Source of the DNA: Eledone cirrhosa
Lineage: Eukaryota
Direction: 5' to 3'
Length of the DNA: 64,000 bases
Assembly (NCBI GenBank): GCA_964016885.1
Contig: OZ024740.1
Coordinates: 31,496,001 to 31,560,000, forward strand
Shown here: piece by piece, positions 1 to 13,600 of the stretch
Layout of the letters: each line of letters starts with the position of its first letter
Position numbering within the stretch: position 1 is the stretch's first letter
Made by a program: the position numbers and the translations under genes
The notes under the pieces: model-generated
What the model was told of the DNA's origin: nothing
What the model saw: only the letters and a program-made list of their open reading frames with translations
Database searches by the model: none

Positions 1-384
1 TAATAAATACACAAACACACACACACACATATATATATATATACACAGATACATACATATATATACACACACACATAATTATAAAAATAAGTAAAGATAA
101 ATAAACAAACATATGCACACTTGACCATGCGCATATACTAAAATAAGCAGTTACATCAACTGGCCAAGATAAATCAGTAAAAAATAAAGTCAAATATAAA
201 AATAAAATATATATATAAGTATAAAATATATATATGAAATATATAAAATATATAAAATATATATATAAAATATATAAGTAAAACATTTCGTTTTAATCAT
301 TTTCTAACCCAGAAAAAAGAGAGAGAGAAACAAAAAAGGAAAAAAAAATATTTTTCTTCCTAATAATCGTCTCTTTCTCCCTAT

Positions 385-387
<3 letters not shown>

Positions 388-424
<37 letters not shown>
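388..424. repeat. (TA)n microsatellite
   Basis: direct reading. Confidence 0.95.
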
Positions 425-426
<2 letters not shown>

Positions 427-427
427 G

Positions 428-1645
428 CGATGACACAGGATCGAGATCTCTGGCATTATGCAGTAATACAGAGGGCCCGCATTCCCATGTGCACGGGTTG
501 AAGCATACATCTTGTATGAACTACCTTCCATACACCTCCACATCCTAATAATGCTCCCTTTGTCCACATCCCCCCTCTTGCACATCCAATGTCATAATCC
601 TCCACCCATGCCCAAACACTCTGCCCCCTCACACACGTCCCTAGATATACCCCCCCCCCCCTCATCCAAATCCCCATCCCACACCATAAAGTGGTTGTGC
701 TGGTGACACAACAAAAAGTACCCATCCCACACTGTAAAGTGGTTGTGATGGTGACAACAAAAAGTACCCATCCCACACTGTAAAGTGGTTGTGATGGTGA
801 CAACAAAAAGTACCCATCCCACACTGTAAAGTGGTTGTGATGGTGACAACAAAAAGTACCCATCCCACACTGTAAAGTGGTTGTGATGGTGACAACAAAA
901 AGTACCCATCCCACACTGTAAAGTGGTTGTGATGGTGACAACAAAAAGTACCCATCCCACACTGTAAAGTGGTTGTGATGGTGACAACAAAAAGTACCCA
1001 TCCCACACTGTAAAGTGGTTGTGATGGTGACAACAAAAAGTACCCATCCCACACTGTAAAGTGGTTGTGATGGTGACAACAAAAAGTACCCATCCCACAC
1101 TGTAAAGTGGTTGTGATGGTGACAACAAAAAGTACCCATCCCACACTGTAAAGTGGTTGTCTAGGTGACACAACAAAAAGCACCTATCCCACACTGTAAA
1201 GTGGTTGTGTAGGTGACACAACAAAAAGCACCTATCCCACACTGTAAAGTGGTTGTGTAGGTGACATAACAAAAAGCACCCAGCACACACTGTAAAGTGG
1301 TTGTGCTGGTGACACAACAAAAAGTACCCATCCCACACTGTAAAGTGGTTGCGATGGTGACACAACAAAAAGCACCCATCCCACACTGTAAAGTGGTTGC
1401 GATGGTGACAACAAAAAGCACCCATCCCACACTGTAAAGTGGTTGTGTAGGTGACACAACAAAAAGCACCCATCCCACACTGTCAATGTGGTTGGTGTTA
1501 GGAAGGGCATCCAGCCATAGAAATGAAGTTAAAACCAGTTCTGTATGAGCAAGACATGGTCATCAGACCTGGCTTGTCTCACATTGGGGAAACTCATCTA
1601 ACCCATGCTAGTGTGGAAAAATGGACATCAAACGGTGATGATGAT
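428..1645 (+). mobile_element. 5'-truncated RTE-clade LINE (ORF end, 3' UTR with expanded minisatellite, (GAT)n tail)
   Basis: 428-498 encodes MTQDRDLWHYAVIQRARIPMCTG*, matching the C-terminus of the RTE ORF at 10977; tail ggttggtgttaggaagggcatccagcc...aaacggtgatgatgatg. Confidence 0.8.
673..1492 (+). repeat. Minisatellite of ~17 units (nine identical 46-bp units at 721-1134, most others 48 bp)
   Basis: unit cccatcccacactgtaaagtggttgtgatggtgac(ac)aacaaaaagta read directly. Confidence 0.95.
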
Positions 1646-2049
1646 GCACCTCAACAGCTGAATTAACAATGCGACTTCATCAGTGATTTGTCCAAGCTCC
1701 CTGTAAAGATGTACAATCCAATGCTTTTGCATACTACTATTATAGTAGTAGCCACAATAGTTAAAGCAGACAATATCACCATCAGACCAGTTGGTAGGAA
1801 AGAATTCAAAAATATTATTCTGGCACCTGAGGCACTCAACTAGTTTATGATAAACTAGGAGCCATATATATATATAAATTTTGAGTATGTGTTGGTTGTT
1901 ATACCAACACCTCAGTATGCAGGTAGGAGCACTCAACGAAATGCGCAGGTTGGTTTGTTCACTCCGGAGTAATGTAAAATAATAAGTTAAGTCAAGCATG
2001 TTAAAGAATATATATCATCATTGTTTAACGCCCAGCTTCCATGCAAGCA

Positions 2050-2175
2050 CATATATATATGTGCTCATTCATATATATATATACTCATGTATACATATAT
2101 ATATACTCATATATACATATATATATACTCATATACACATATATATATACTCATATATACATATATATACACTCA
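2050..2175. repeat. AT/CA-rich compound microsatellite
   Basis: repeated catatatatatactc motifs. Confidence 0.85.
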
Positions 2176-3139
2176 TTCATTACCAAGTGGATCAAAGCTC
2201 AATATGTTAATTACTTATAGAAAAATACAGAGCATAATAATTCAATTTAGGTGAATAACCAAAGATTTATATAGTTCAAATCACTTTATTCATTTCTCTG
2301 ACCATTTCAATTTATCGAAATACAATTGTAAACATCAATAACAATTTGCAGATTAATTAATTAATTAATTCAACAAAAATGGCAATCACATTTCAAAAAT
2401 CTCCTTCAGAAATAAATTTTAGATTTGGATAATAAATGTCCCAATTACTAGTTAGGCATGTAATAAGTAAATTACAGACATAAAACCAGAGATAGTTTTG
2501 AAAGAAAATGTGAGAGATACATAAGTAAAGCAGCAAAGAGCCTTAATGTTTAGCATTATAGAAAGTGATTTAAGCAACAAAGAAGTAAAATGAATAAAGT
2601 AATTTGAACTATAAAAGCTTTGGTTATTTTGGTTATTCACCTGAATTGAATTATATATAATTATATATATATATATATGTGTGTCTGTGTGTGTATATAT
2701 ATATATATATTTATTAAAATAAGTGATTAAAGTTTAAGCAAAGAATTGCTGATTTCACCCTTAACAGGATCTTCTGAAACTCCATATGTATATATATATA
2801 TGGGTGTATTATTCAACTGAAGAAAGTTGGTTGATCAAATAATTTAGTGACTTTAGTTGTAAACAGATGTGTAAAGCACTCTATGACTTGTGTTCCTTAA
2901 AGTATTATCAATTAGGCATCAACTTGAGTATCAATATTATAAAGGAGAGAGACAACACAACCCCGCCACAACTAGCTACAACACTAGGCCTAACACTTCC
3001 TCCCCAATGCATAAAAAAAAAAACTATGTTGAATCCAATGAAACTAGACCACAATGGAGCAAGACCAGATCACGTTCTTACCTATGATATAAGCCACCCT
3101 CTGGACAAAAAACCAACATCACTCAACTTTTCTTCAATG

Positions 3140-3630
3140 CACTAGATAAATCACATAGATACAGCAGGATATTTAATAGACACACTGTCAAGCTAATATA
3201 CCCTACCACCAAAACCTAACCCAAAACATAGCCAGGATTAATTACATAAATTTGAAGATTGAGCATAACGTGAATGCAAACACTACAGAACATTTAGGAA
3301 ACGGAGTAAGGACATGGAATAATAGATAGAATAGACACAACTCTAGTAACCCACAGCAAATAGTTGACCAGACAGACGGCTATAACCATAAGACAACATG
3401 TGACAATAACATCAGCTGTAACTTCAGGATTCCAGCCAACTGCCTTATGTAGAATAAATGCCTCCATAGAAATATAGTATACGAATGTAGAGTTACCACT
3501 AGGGACGAAACATATAACTACATCAGTGCAACAGGGACTAGTTTTAAGGATAGATGGCGGTACAATCATCCTTTAACCGGATAGATAAGAGACAAAGCAC
3601 GGCACTATCTGAACTCATATTGAGGTTGAA
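3140..3630 (+). mobile_element. Degraded Penelope-like element, linker and GIY-YIG endonuclease region
   Basis: translates to NHRYSRIFNRHTVKL...SCNFRIPANCLM*NKCLHRNIVYECRVTTRDETYNYISATGTSFKDRW...STALSELI, the pattern of Penelope-like C-termini (IFNRNTVK, Cys cluster, VY..YIG.T..FK.R); stops and frameshifts present. Confidence 0.7.
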
Positions 3631-4558
3631 ACAGAACCGTGTATAATACTTTCTGTCTTGGCACATTCTCACATTATTCTTAGGAGAAACCAGGTAATTA
3701 ACAAATTTGGTGTGTCATTATATATTTATAGTAGCATCTCTTTCTCTACTACCGCCTAGCCCTGAAATATGAACACATAGCTTTTAGATTAAATAAAATA
3801 ACAAAACACTAAGTAAATTCTTTAACTACTGACCCCTTTGGTATTTGATATCTCAGCCTACTTACCATCCCAAGAAATTTAATAAGACCAGTATCTCCCG
3901 CTTCCTGTCTGCCTTCAAAAATAGCCATGTACATCATATGACTACTGGAGTGGACTACTACCAATACGCTTATAACAAAATACGGGTGTGTATGAATATA
4001 ACAAAGACGATTGGTTTGTGTATATAATATTTAATAAACAATTTGTGGATATATAGAACAGTATAGTTGACATGTCAATGAATAGATGAAAGAATGAAGC
4101 AAAGTTATTAGTTACCGTTTTGGTTGCCAGGCGAACGCGCCTGTCAGAAGACGCCCCTGGGCGAAGATGCCTGGCAAAGGCCAGGAGCCAAAAAGGCAAA
4201 TGAGAGGAAGGGAACTTAAAGTTGTTAGTTTCATAGGGTTCTGACCGGAAGTTACAGAAAGGGTTCTACTTCCTGTCTAGAGAGCGTTAATCTATTGGGG
4301 ATGTGAGTGTCACAACAAGGGAGGCAACTTCTGCTACACGCTCCTAACTACAGTAGCATCTAAAAACAAAACATTACAACTTTGCACCTGTCTGAAGAGA
4401 ACATGTTCAAGAGTTATTATGCAATCACTTTGATGTCTTCAAAATATGTATAACAGGATGATATGATAATATACATTTAAAACGGTCTCTCTTCTTTATA
4501 ATATAATATATATAGATCTATCTATCTATATACATGTATATGTGTGTGTGTGTACATA

Positions 4559-6514
4559 TGTAGTGAGATCTGTCCACACCTTGAACCTTGGGTCACACCT
4601 AAAGGTCAAACTCTAGGTCACCACCCTTTTGGTGTGAACAGGTTCATATGTGGGCTACCCCCTCGAGGTGGGATACAGAAAGCGACAGGTATATAAAGCC
4701 TGTATCATCCCATGTTTAGACAGAGAGATCGGAGCACCACGATACAGACAAGCTATGTGAAAGATTCACCGCTACCTTCAGGCCGCAGAGGTCTACAGAC
4801 CATTACTCTCTCTCTCTCCTGGTCTCAGACTACACCAGCCTCATGAACCAACAACAAAATAACATTGTCAACCTTTGCAACTCGTGGTAACTTGTTTATT
4901 GTTCTTTTTGATTGAAGTGGAGTAAACCTTTTTATATATAAAGTAAATCGCTATTCTTGTTATTACACCTAACAACTAACTACTAAAATACCCTTCGTTC
5001 TATTGGGGAACCCAACGTGATATATATAAAAAAAAATACGAAGTGGTATTTAAAAAAAAAAGAAAACAGCACGCAACCTTTTTTCAACATGGCCAACATC
5101 AACAACTTTCTCAGCAATCTATAATTACCAAGCTTCTCATCTATATGGTACGAAATGATAAAACTTCACTTTTTCAAATTATTCACCAAACTTCCATTCT
5201 ACAGAATATTTCAGTGACTTCGCTTTTATGTTTCGATTCATTATCAAACACTTCACCACGTGCTTCGTAATCTCCAACAACAACAACAACAGACAATACT
5301 ACTAGCTTCCTAACAAGAAAACAATCACATAAAGAAGAGAAAACTGAACTTTTTGTAAAGAACAATTATATAAATATTTAAAAAGATTTTTTTACAGGTT
5401 ATATATGAACGTTCATTTTTATTTATTTATTTTTTTTTTTACTGTATTATATGCCTGTATCAACATACACGTTTTGCATCAAACACACATCATTTTCTTT
5501 GCCACACACCAACATGTTTTTGTCTATGGTATATTTTGGATTCGGTTGGGTCTCAGCGAGATCACTTTTCAACGGGTCGAGGTTCGGCAACAGCTATTAA
5601 ACACATGAGAAACTCACCCACAGGCACTACTCGCTTGGACTCACTCAAGCACTCCTGGACTCACTCAGGCATGCAACTTAAAATTGCACACACTCATGTC
5701 ATAGTGTAAACCTCGACTCACTGGAAGAGAATCTTACGTATGATGATACATCGAGAGAAATAGTCCTCTGTGTTATCATATCGTAATCCGATACCGTAAC
5801 CCCAACGTACATCCATCCATACACAACAGTTCGAAATACATGATCACAACTTTGTATATTTACAGTTTCTTCTAAATGTTACACACACATACATGCATAC
5901 CCAGTTATACAATATTTTTTTTTCTCTCTCCAAATTTCTCTACATTCGAAATGCGGGCGCAGTACCCACATTTTGTGTGTTTTGGGACACGCTTCTGTAA
6001 TCAGATTTCGCTACCCCTTTTGTAATCGATCACTGTTCCTGCATCTATCTGGGTAGGGAATTAATGTAGTGAGATCTGTCCACGCCTTGAACCTTGGGTC
6101 ACACCTAAAGGTCAAACTCTAGGTCACCAGCCTTTTGGTGTGAACAGGTTCATATGTGGGCTATCCCCTTGAGGTGGGAGACAGAAAGCGACAGGTATAT
6201 AAAGCCTGTATCATCCCATGTTTAGACAGAGATCGGAACACCACGATACAGACAAGCTATGTGAAAGATTCACCGCTACCTTCAGGCCGCAGAGGTCTAC
6301 AGACCATTACTCTCTCTCTCTCTCCTGGTCTCAGACTACACCAGCCTCATGAACCAACAACAAAATAACATTGTCAACCTTCGCAACTCGTGGTAACTTG
6401 TTTATTGTTCTTTTTGATTGAAGTGAAGTAAACCTTTTTATATATAAAGTAAATCGCTATTCTTGTTAATCCATCTAACTATTTCTTACTAATACCCTTC
6501 GTCTTAAAAATACA
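4559..6514 (+). mobile_element. Non-autonomous LTR retrotransposon (two ~440-bp LTRs, ~1.06-kb non-coding interior)
   Basis: direct repeats 4559-~5000 and 6065-~6514, both starting TGTAGTGAGATC; 3' copy ends TACA; PBS-like TGGGGAACCCAACGTG at 5004-5019; purine-rich GGGTAGGGAA just before the 3' LTR. Confidence 0.78.
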
Positions 6515-6540
6515 CTTACTATTGATATTTTAACTTACAG

Positions 6541-6669
6541 AGTATCTGCGTCACAACTTGATAGAAAATAGTTTTCATCAACATCTCTGTACAGTTATCT
6601 GCAAATATTTCCAAAATGAGCCTCTGTTAGAGATGATCATGAAAATACTGGTCAATTTGGAGGATAAAA
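6541..6669 (+). CDS. LRRK2: LRRK2-like exon (ARM region), phase 1->1: YLRHNLIENSFHQHLCTVICKYFQNEPLLEMIMKILVNLEDK
   Basis: ttttaacttacag acceptor, gtaagt donor, open frame, phase joins next exon. Confidence 0.75.
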
Positions 6670-9600
6670 GTAAGTCTGCTACATTTATCTTGCTATATTT
6701 CCCAATGTATATGAAGAGTCATACATCAAGGAAGGGTGGAGGCAGTGGTGGTGGTGGTGGTGCGTGTGTGAGTGGGGGGGGGGGGGGGGGCTGGCTAAAT
6801 TCCAATTAATACTAAATTAGTGATATGGTTTTAATTTCTGACTGAAGGCTTTTTATTTCACTTAAATTGGGAAAAATATGAACTTCACAACCTACCAAAT
6901 CTCTCCTTACCTAAAATATTAATGTCTAATTTAGGCATAAGGCCAGCAAGTCTTGGAGAAGCACAGAGTTGATTGAATCAACCTCAGTACTTGACTGGTA
7001 CTTTGTTTTATCAACTCTGGAAGGATGAAAGGCAAAGTAGACCACAGCAGGATTTGAACTTAGATGTAAAGTGCCAGAAGAAATATTGCAATGGCATTTT
7101 ATCCAGTGCTTTACCAATTTTGCCAATTCACCACCCTCCTTACCTAAAATATTAGGTTCTTGTATCAATCAAAATTAACTGGAAGACTACAAAGGGATAA
7201 CCATGGTAGATGTAGATTTTAATGGTACATAACTAGCAACTGTTTGGGCTACAGTAGAAAGTGTTTCATATGATAATTCTATAGCAGTAGTGATAAATAG
7301 AGGAGTTCATTGTTATTGTTGTTGAATAGTCCCAGCAATTCTGCTTGATTAGACCAATGACACTTGGCATAGAGTATAGGGTAAAGGGCAAACACCCCCT
7401 TTAGTCATAAATGACCACAGGTTTTATGCCTAGAAAGTTCCCCTTCAAGGCACAAGTCTGGGCAAGGTTGTTTATGGAAGACCAGCAGTTGCCCATACAT
7501 ACCAGTCTCCCCTCTCCATACCATCAATGTTGTCCATGGGAAAAGCAATGGTCGATACAGCGTTGCACCAGTGACATCACAACTCATTTCTACAATTGAG
7601 TAAACTTAAGCAATATGAAAAAGAGTGTCTTGCTCAAGCACAACACATCACCTGGTCCAGGAATCAAACTCACCATCTCAGAATTGTAAGCCCAACAATC
7701 TAACCACTAAGCCAAATACCTTCATAGAGTAAACTATTAGAATATTAAGAAAAAAGTAACTGGAGTCCATAGAATCTACTGATGGTCTGTGGCGATAACA
7801 GCAGTTGACCTTTTCATTACCATTTTTCTATTGAAATACATTGCCTATGATTTTCAAGTCATTTTGAAAATAATCAAGAATTTGAAAGGATTTAGAAATA
7901 TAACTACCTTTCTCAATATTAACTTGGTGTTTAAAGTATAAATTAACAAACATTCTTATATAAAATTATGATAGAAAGTTATTATAAATATGTACACCTT
8001 GAAATAAACAGTGTAAAACAAACATCCAGCTTGGTATCAAAAGGGTTGATGAAATGTGGTAGCTATATCATGAGTAGAGGTAATAAGTTCATGTGCTGTG
8101 AAGAGAAGGGCTCTGTTTGAAATATCAAAATTCACTTTTCCTTATACTACACAAGCTTATGTTATTTCCCCATTCATATATTAGAAGATTTAAGTATAAG
8201 GAGTTCACATATGATTTGGCTTCAAGAGTTCCCTTCTGATTTGATTTTATATTTTTTATTGAGTTGTCTTGGTTGCCGCGATGTCTTATAGCCTTGTGAG
8301 TAAAATTGAGTAAATAGAAGCTGTTTGGGAGTTTGTCTGATAGACTTTGCAATTCAAAAGGCTACCCTTGTCACACTCAATGTCATACTGAATCTCAATG
8401 TTAAAGAATTTTATGTTTGTAGAATTATCAGTCAGTTGTATGTTAATTTGATGAGCAGTCTGTTCCTTTAATCAAACAACGAGAACACTCATCATAAAAT
8501 TCGATGGATATCCATTTCTCTTCTTTTCTTTTCTTCTTCACTCACTTATTTCTGGGAGGTTTGTGGAGACAGAGTCAACAAGCATACCTTCAGTGAGTCC
8601 TGTCAGAAGCAACCATTTACAATTGATCTGGCTGGATCTCCAAGACCAGTCAAACTCATGAATGTTATCCAAACTCAATGGAGGTCCATTTGTCATTTTT
8701 TTTATTTATCTTGGTTAGTTTTGTAGATTTATTACCAAAGAGAAATAATTTGTTGAATGTTGAAGCTATGGTTATCCCATTTTTCTTGTAAGTAAAATCA
8801 ATATGGATGACTATGATTATGAGTTCAAAAATGTTGTGTTCAACTCCATTGCAAGTGTTTTGTTGTGTATTTAGGTAAAATACATCATTCTGCCTGCCAT
8901 AGTGTACCTGTCAGGAATAAATATCAGATCAGGTAGGGATTTTTCTGGAGAAAGACAACAACCATTCCTACAGAAGATTTGTCTCCTACCCTCCTCAAAA
9001 TATAAAACTAAGGCCCAGAGGAGATTTAGAAATATTTATATTTAAAAATCTTTCTTATAAGATGTTTTTTTAATGGATTTGTACCCATTCTCCGGACAGT
9101 AGGGAATTAGTTGAGGTGATTCTGCTACTATCATGTGAGAGATTTTGCTAGTTGAGTTGTTGTTATTGCTGTTGAAAATAAAATATGCTTGCTTTGTAAT
9201 ATGTCTAATAACTTTATAATGAACTAAATTATTTTATATTGCAGTTGTCTATTGTTTCTTAGCTGAATCCTCTTTCATAGACAAAGACCTTTTGAAAATC
9301 ATGATAGATTATTCTGGAAGCATTTCTATAACCATTGAAGGTTTGAAGTTGCTTAAAACAGCAGGTAAAAGACAAATCTTAACTTAATAACATGCCTGTT
9401 AATTCATGTTTGGATGTGTCCCTTAATTTAACAATTTTTGAAAAATAAACTTGTGATGACTTAGTCAACCTTTGTAGAAAAAACTTAATAGATAATTAAA
9501 TACTTGGAGTGAGAGACCCAAACCTGAAGAAGATCAGATAAGGGTTGATTTACAATGTATCAAGCACAATAGAATAAAGGCAAGATCACATTGACTGTAA

Positions 9601-10659
9601 TTTATTATCCAGTTTCAAATTTTACTTTTATTAATCTTCATGCCATTGATGCTCATAACTCTTTAGCATTTAAACCGGCTGTATCCGGCCAGAATTTTCT
9701 AACCTCTTTTTGTTCAAACCGGCTGTAACTGGCTGCTCATACTGATGTTAAGGTACTGTTCTCAAAATAAATAATATCAAAATATCGTAGATTCAATATT
9801 ATATGAGATAAAGTGTTTACCATGAAAATACAATAGTAAATCTAGAGTAATATAAATGCTAAAGGGTTAAGAAAGGCATGATTCTCAGACTGACATAGTT
9901 CCAATTGACTGTCTCTTAGATGTCAACAGATGCTACAAATTTAAAATATAAAACATTTAAACTTTTTGTTACCATATTTCTAATGAAAGGCACTGCTTAT
10001 GGCTTTCAAATAATTTTGAAAATAATAAAATATTTGGAAGAATTTAATAAAATAACAAACTTTTTCATTAGTAAGCTTTCTTATTATTAAGGTGGCGTCT
10101 GGTGCATTACATAGAAAAGATTCTTACATAAAATTATAATTGTTTCTACTTTTGGCACAAGGCCAGCAATTATCCCAGTGCATTACTGGTACTTTATTTT
10201 ATCGACTCCATAAGGATGAAAGGCAAAGTTAACCTCGGCGGGATTTGTACTCAGATCATAAAGGCCCATAACTCCATGCTGCAAAAGTATGGCGTCCGAC
10301 CCTCTAATGATACTGCCAATCCACCGCCCTCTTACATAAAATTATAATGGAAAGTTCTTAGATAAATATAAACAATTTAAAATTAACTGTCTTGTATCTT
10401 AGAATTAGAGGCATCTTCAAGCAGTTTGGTAATGAAAGGTTAAGATCAACTTAAACATCATCATAATTTTACGTCTGCTTTTCCCTGCTTGTAGATATAA
10501 TTTCAATTTTTTAATGAGAAGCCTTGCTGTAAAAAGAATAAAGCATAAGCACGTTTCACTATTTCTCTGTGCACAGAAAGGCATAGTAGATTATCTTTAT
10601 GAATTTCAGAAATTGTTGTCTCCCAATCAGAAAATGTCTGTCTTCAGAGGAATCTTTTT

Positions 10660-10690
<31 letters not shown>

Positions 10691-13600
10691 CCGTTTTACG
10701 TCCGTCCTTCCATGCTAGCATGGGTTAGACGGGTTGTCCTGTTGTGGGCAGTGTCTGGTCGGCTGACCATGCCTTGCTCATACAGGAACTGATTTTGGCT
10801 TGATTTCTACAGCTGGATGCCCTTCCTAACACCAACCTCATTTACAGTGAGTGTTGGGTGCTTTTTTCCGTGGCGCCTACACGTCCACTTTACAGTGTAG
10901 GCTGGGTGCTTTTTTGCTGTGGCACCTCCACGACCACTTTGCAGTGGGAGGGTGTGGGGCATATTGTCTATATGCTTCAGCTTGTACCCATGGGAGGTCG
11001 GGTACTCTGTATTACTGTGTGACGCCAGAGGTCACAGTCGTGTGTCATCGTCTTTGAGAGGTGTAATTGGGTAAGGTCGGCTTTTATCACTTCATCCCAG
11101 GTCTTCTTGGGTCTCCCCACTCCGCGGTTTCCATTGACTTCTAGTGCTCTGAACTTCTTCCACCCCGTTCTTACCCTAGTTATTGTACTTTCTGAACACC
11201 CACCTCCGCTGCTAATTCGGTCACCTAGGTAGCAGAAGCTCTCTACTGTTTCTACAGAGCCCTCCCAGAGATTGGTGGTACTTGTTTCCTGTGGCTGTTT
11301 GCTGCTTGCTGTCCCAGCACAGCTGCTGCATGTGAATCCTACATTCTTAATTAAGCTTCCTGAAATCCCGCTACATCTCTTGTGTACCCATTGTTTGCAT
11401 TTGGGGCAGAGAATGGAGTTCCTACCTACACCTTTCCTACATACTGAGCAAGGCCATTTCTCTGAGGGGATCTGGGTTCTGTTTTCTTGTCTACTTACAA
11501 GGACCTTAGTCTTTGTCATGTTGACTTTGAGACCCTTTCTTTCTAGTCCCTGCTTCCAAGTTTGGAATTTCTTCTCTAGTTCTACCATAGATTCAGCTAT
11601 AAGTGCGAGGTCATCTGCATACAGGAGTTCCCATGGGCATCCGGTCTTAAACTCCTCTGTTATTGCCTGCAGGACTATGATGAACAGGAGAGGGCTAAGA
11701 ACAGAGCCCAGGTGGACACCAACCTGTACGCTAAATTCCTCGCTATACTCATTGCTAATCCTAACTTTGCTGACTGCTCCCCTATACATGGCTTGTACAG
11801 CTTTCACAAGCCATTCATCTACTCCTAGTTTTCTAAGAGCCCACCAGATTATAGCATGTGGAACTCTGTCAAAGGTTTTCTCGAGATCGATGAATGCCAG
11901 GTAGAGTGGCTTACTTTTAGCTAGGTACTTTTCCTGTAACTGCCTCACAAGGAAGAGGGCATCAGTGGTGCCTCTTCCTGGTACAAACCCAAATTGCATC
12001 TCATCTAGTTTCACCCAGTCCCTAATCAACTGTGCTATAACTCTTTCTGTTACTTTCATGACCTGGTCCATCAGCTTTATACCTCTATAGTTTCCTCTAT
12101 CTAGTGCATCACCTTTACCTTTGTAGCAGTTGACAATGATGCTACTGCACCAATCTTTTGGTATGACACCTTCTAGTATTACCTGGTGAACAATACGTGT
12201 GGTTATAGTGTGACCTACAGACCCAGATGCCTTCAGCATCTCGGCAGCTATACCCGATGGTCTGGTTGCCTTCCCCATCTTCATATCTTTGATTGCCTTA
12301 CTTACTACGCTGCTGCTGATTTGTACTGCTGGCCCCTCTATAGGGTCTACTTGGGGTAGGGTCTCTTCTTCCCATGCATTCTCCTCATTTAGTAATCTAT
12401 CATAATGGCTCTTCCATGCATCTTTCTTCTCAGCACTTGTGAGGGCAAGCTCACCTTTATCATTCCGGATACACTTCTCTCCAATGACATCACAATTCTC
12501 TCTGACATACTGCCTCGCAATCTTGAACACCTCCTGTTTCTGGTCCTCACGTTGCAAAACATGCTTGAATTTTCTATCCTCTGCTTCCCTCCTAGCTAAG
12601 TATACTTGTTGCCTAGCTTCCCTCTTGGTCTCTATGTAATGTACCCTGCTTCCCCCATTCTTCCATTCTTTCCATGCCTGTCTCTTGGCCTTAACTGCCT
12701 CATCTACTTTATTGTTCCACCACCAAGTCACTCTCCTCCTGCTTGTGGTCTTTCTCCAGCCACAGATCTCATCCGTCGCCTCTAGTAAGTTATTTTTTAG
12801 GAACTCCCAGTGCTCTTCTACATTGAATGTCTCTATCTGTTCTTCTTTACTGTCGTAGGCGTTGAGTAAAATATCTTTAAATCTGTTACTGGCTGAGGGG
12901 TCTTTCAGCTTCCAGATCTTTCTTCTCCAGGTTGGCCTCTGTTTCCAGGTTCGTCTAGTTCTGACCGTCAGGTCGCTGACAACTAAGCTATGTTGGGAGG
13001 TACATTCCTCACTAGGGAAGGCTTTTGTGTTTACGACCGTCCATCTGTCACGTCCTCTGATGAGGATAAAATCTATTTGACTAGAATGCTCCCCTGATCT
13101 ATATTTTTATATCATTGTTTATTAACAGGATACAGAACATAGCTGAAATAGTCAGCTCAATTTCCATTGTGTGCATCCATTTGGCAATGTAATTAATTAA
13201 GTAATAAATATTTATGCTAGATACAGCATATATTAGAATATTTAAGGTAAATTTAATTTCGACTTGGCTACAGTTTTTTAAATTAGAAGCCTTTACTGTG
13301 AAAAGAATGAATTGTAAACATTTACCTGACTGTTAATTAAAAAACTATACCTTAAATTGTCTAAGTAAGGAGCAGTTTCCAGGAATAATGGAAAATTGTG
13401 AATTGTGGAGAGACTTTGTCAGGAATGTGGTCACAATGAACATGATGAAATCTTCTAAATAAATACTGTAGTAGGCATGTGTGTGACAGCTCACACCTAT
13501 GCAGGTTTAGCTGGCCTCCTCCAAGATATATCTCGTTGGAAGTGTCTTGGGTAATTTAATGATAGGGACCCCAGTCCTATCATCTCATTTCTACAGCTGA

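Noticed and set aside
456-1510. His/Cys-rich ORFs on the minus strand
   Set aside because: Translations of the 46/48-bp minisatellite.
5043-5397. First coding exon of the LRRK2-like gene
   Set aside because: In-frame stops before the candidate donor, and it lies inside the LTR element.
11272-11904. 210-aa plus-strand ORF
   Set aside because: Antisense shadow of the RTE reverse transcriptase.
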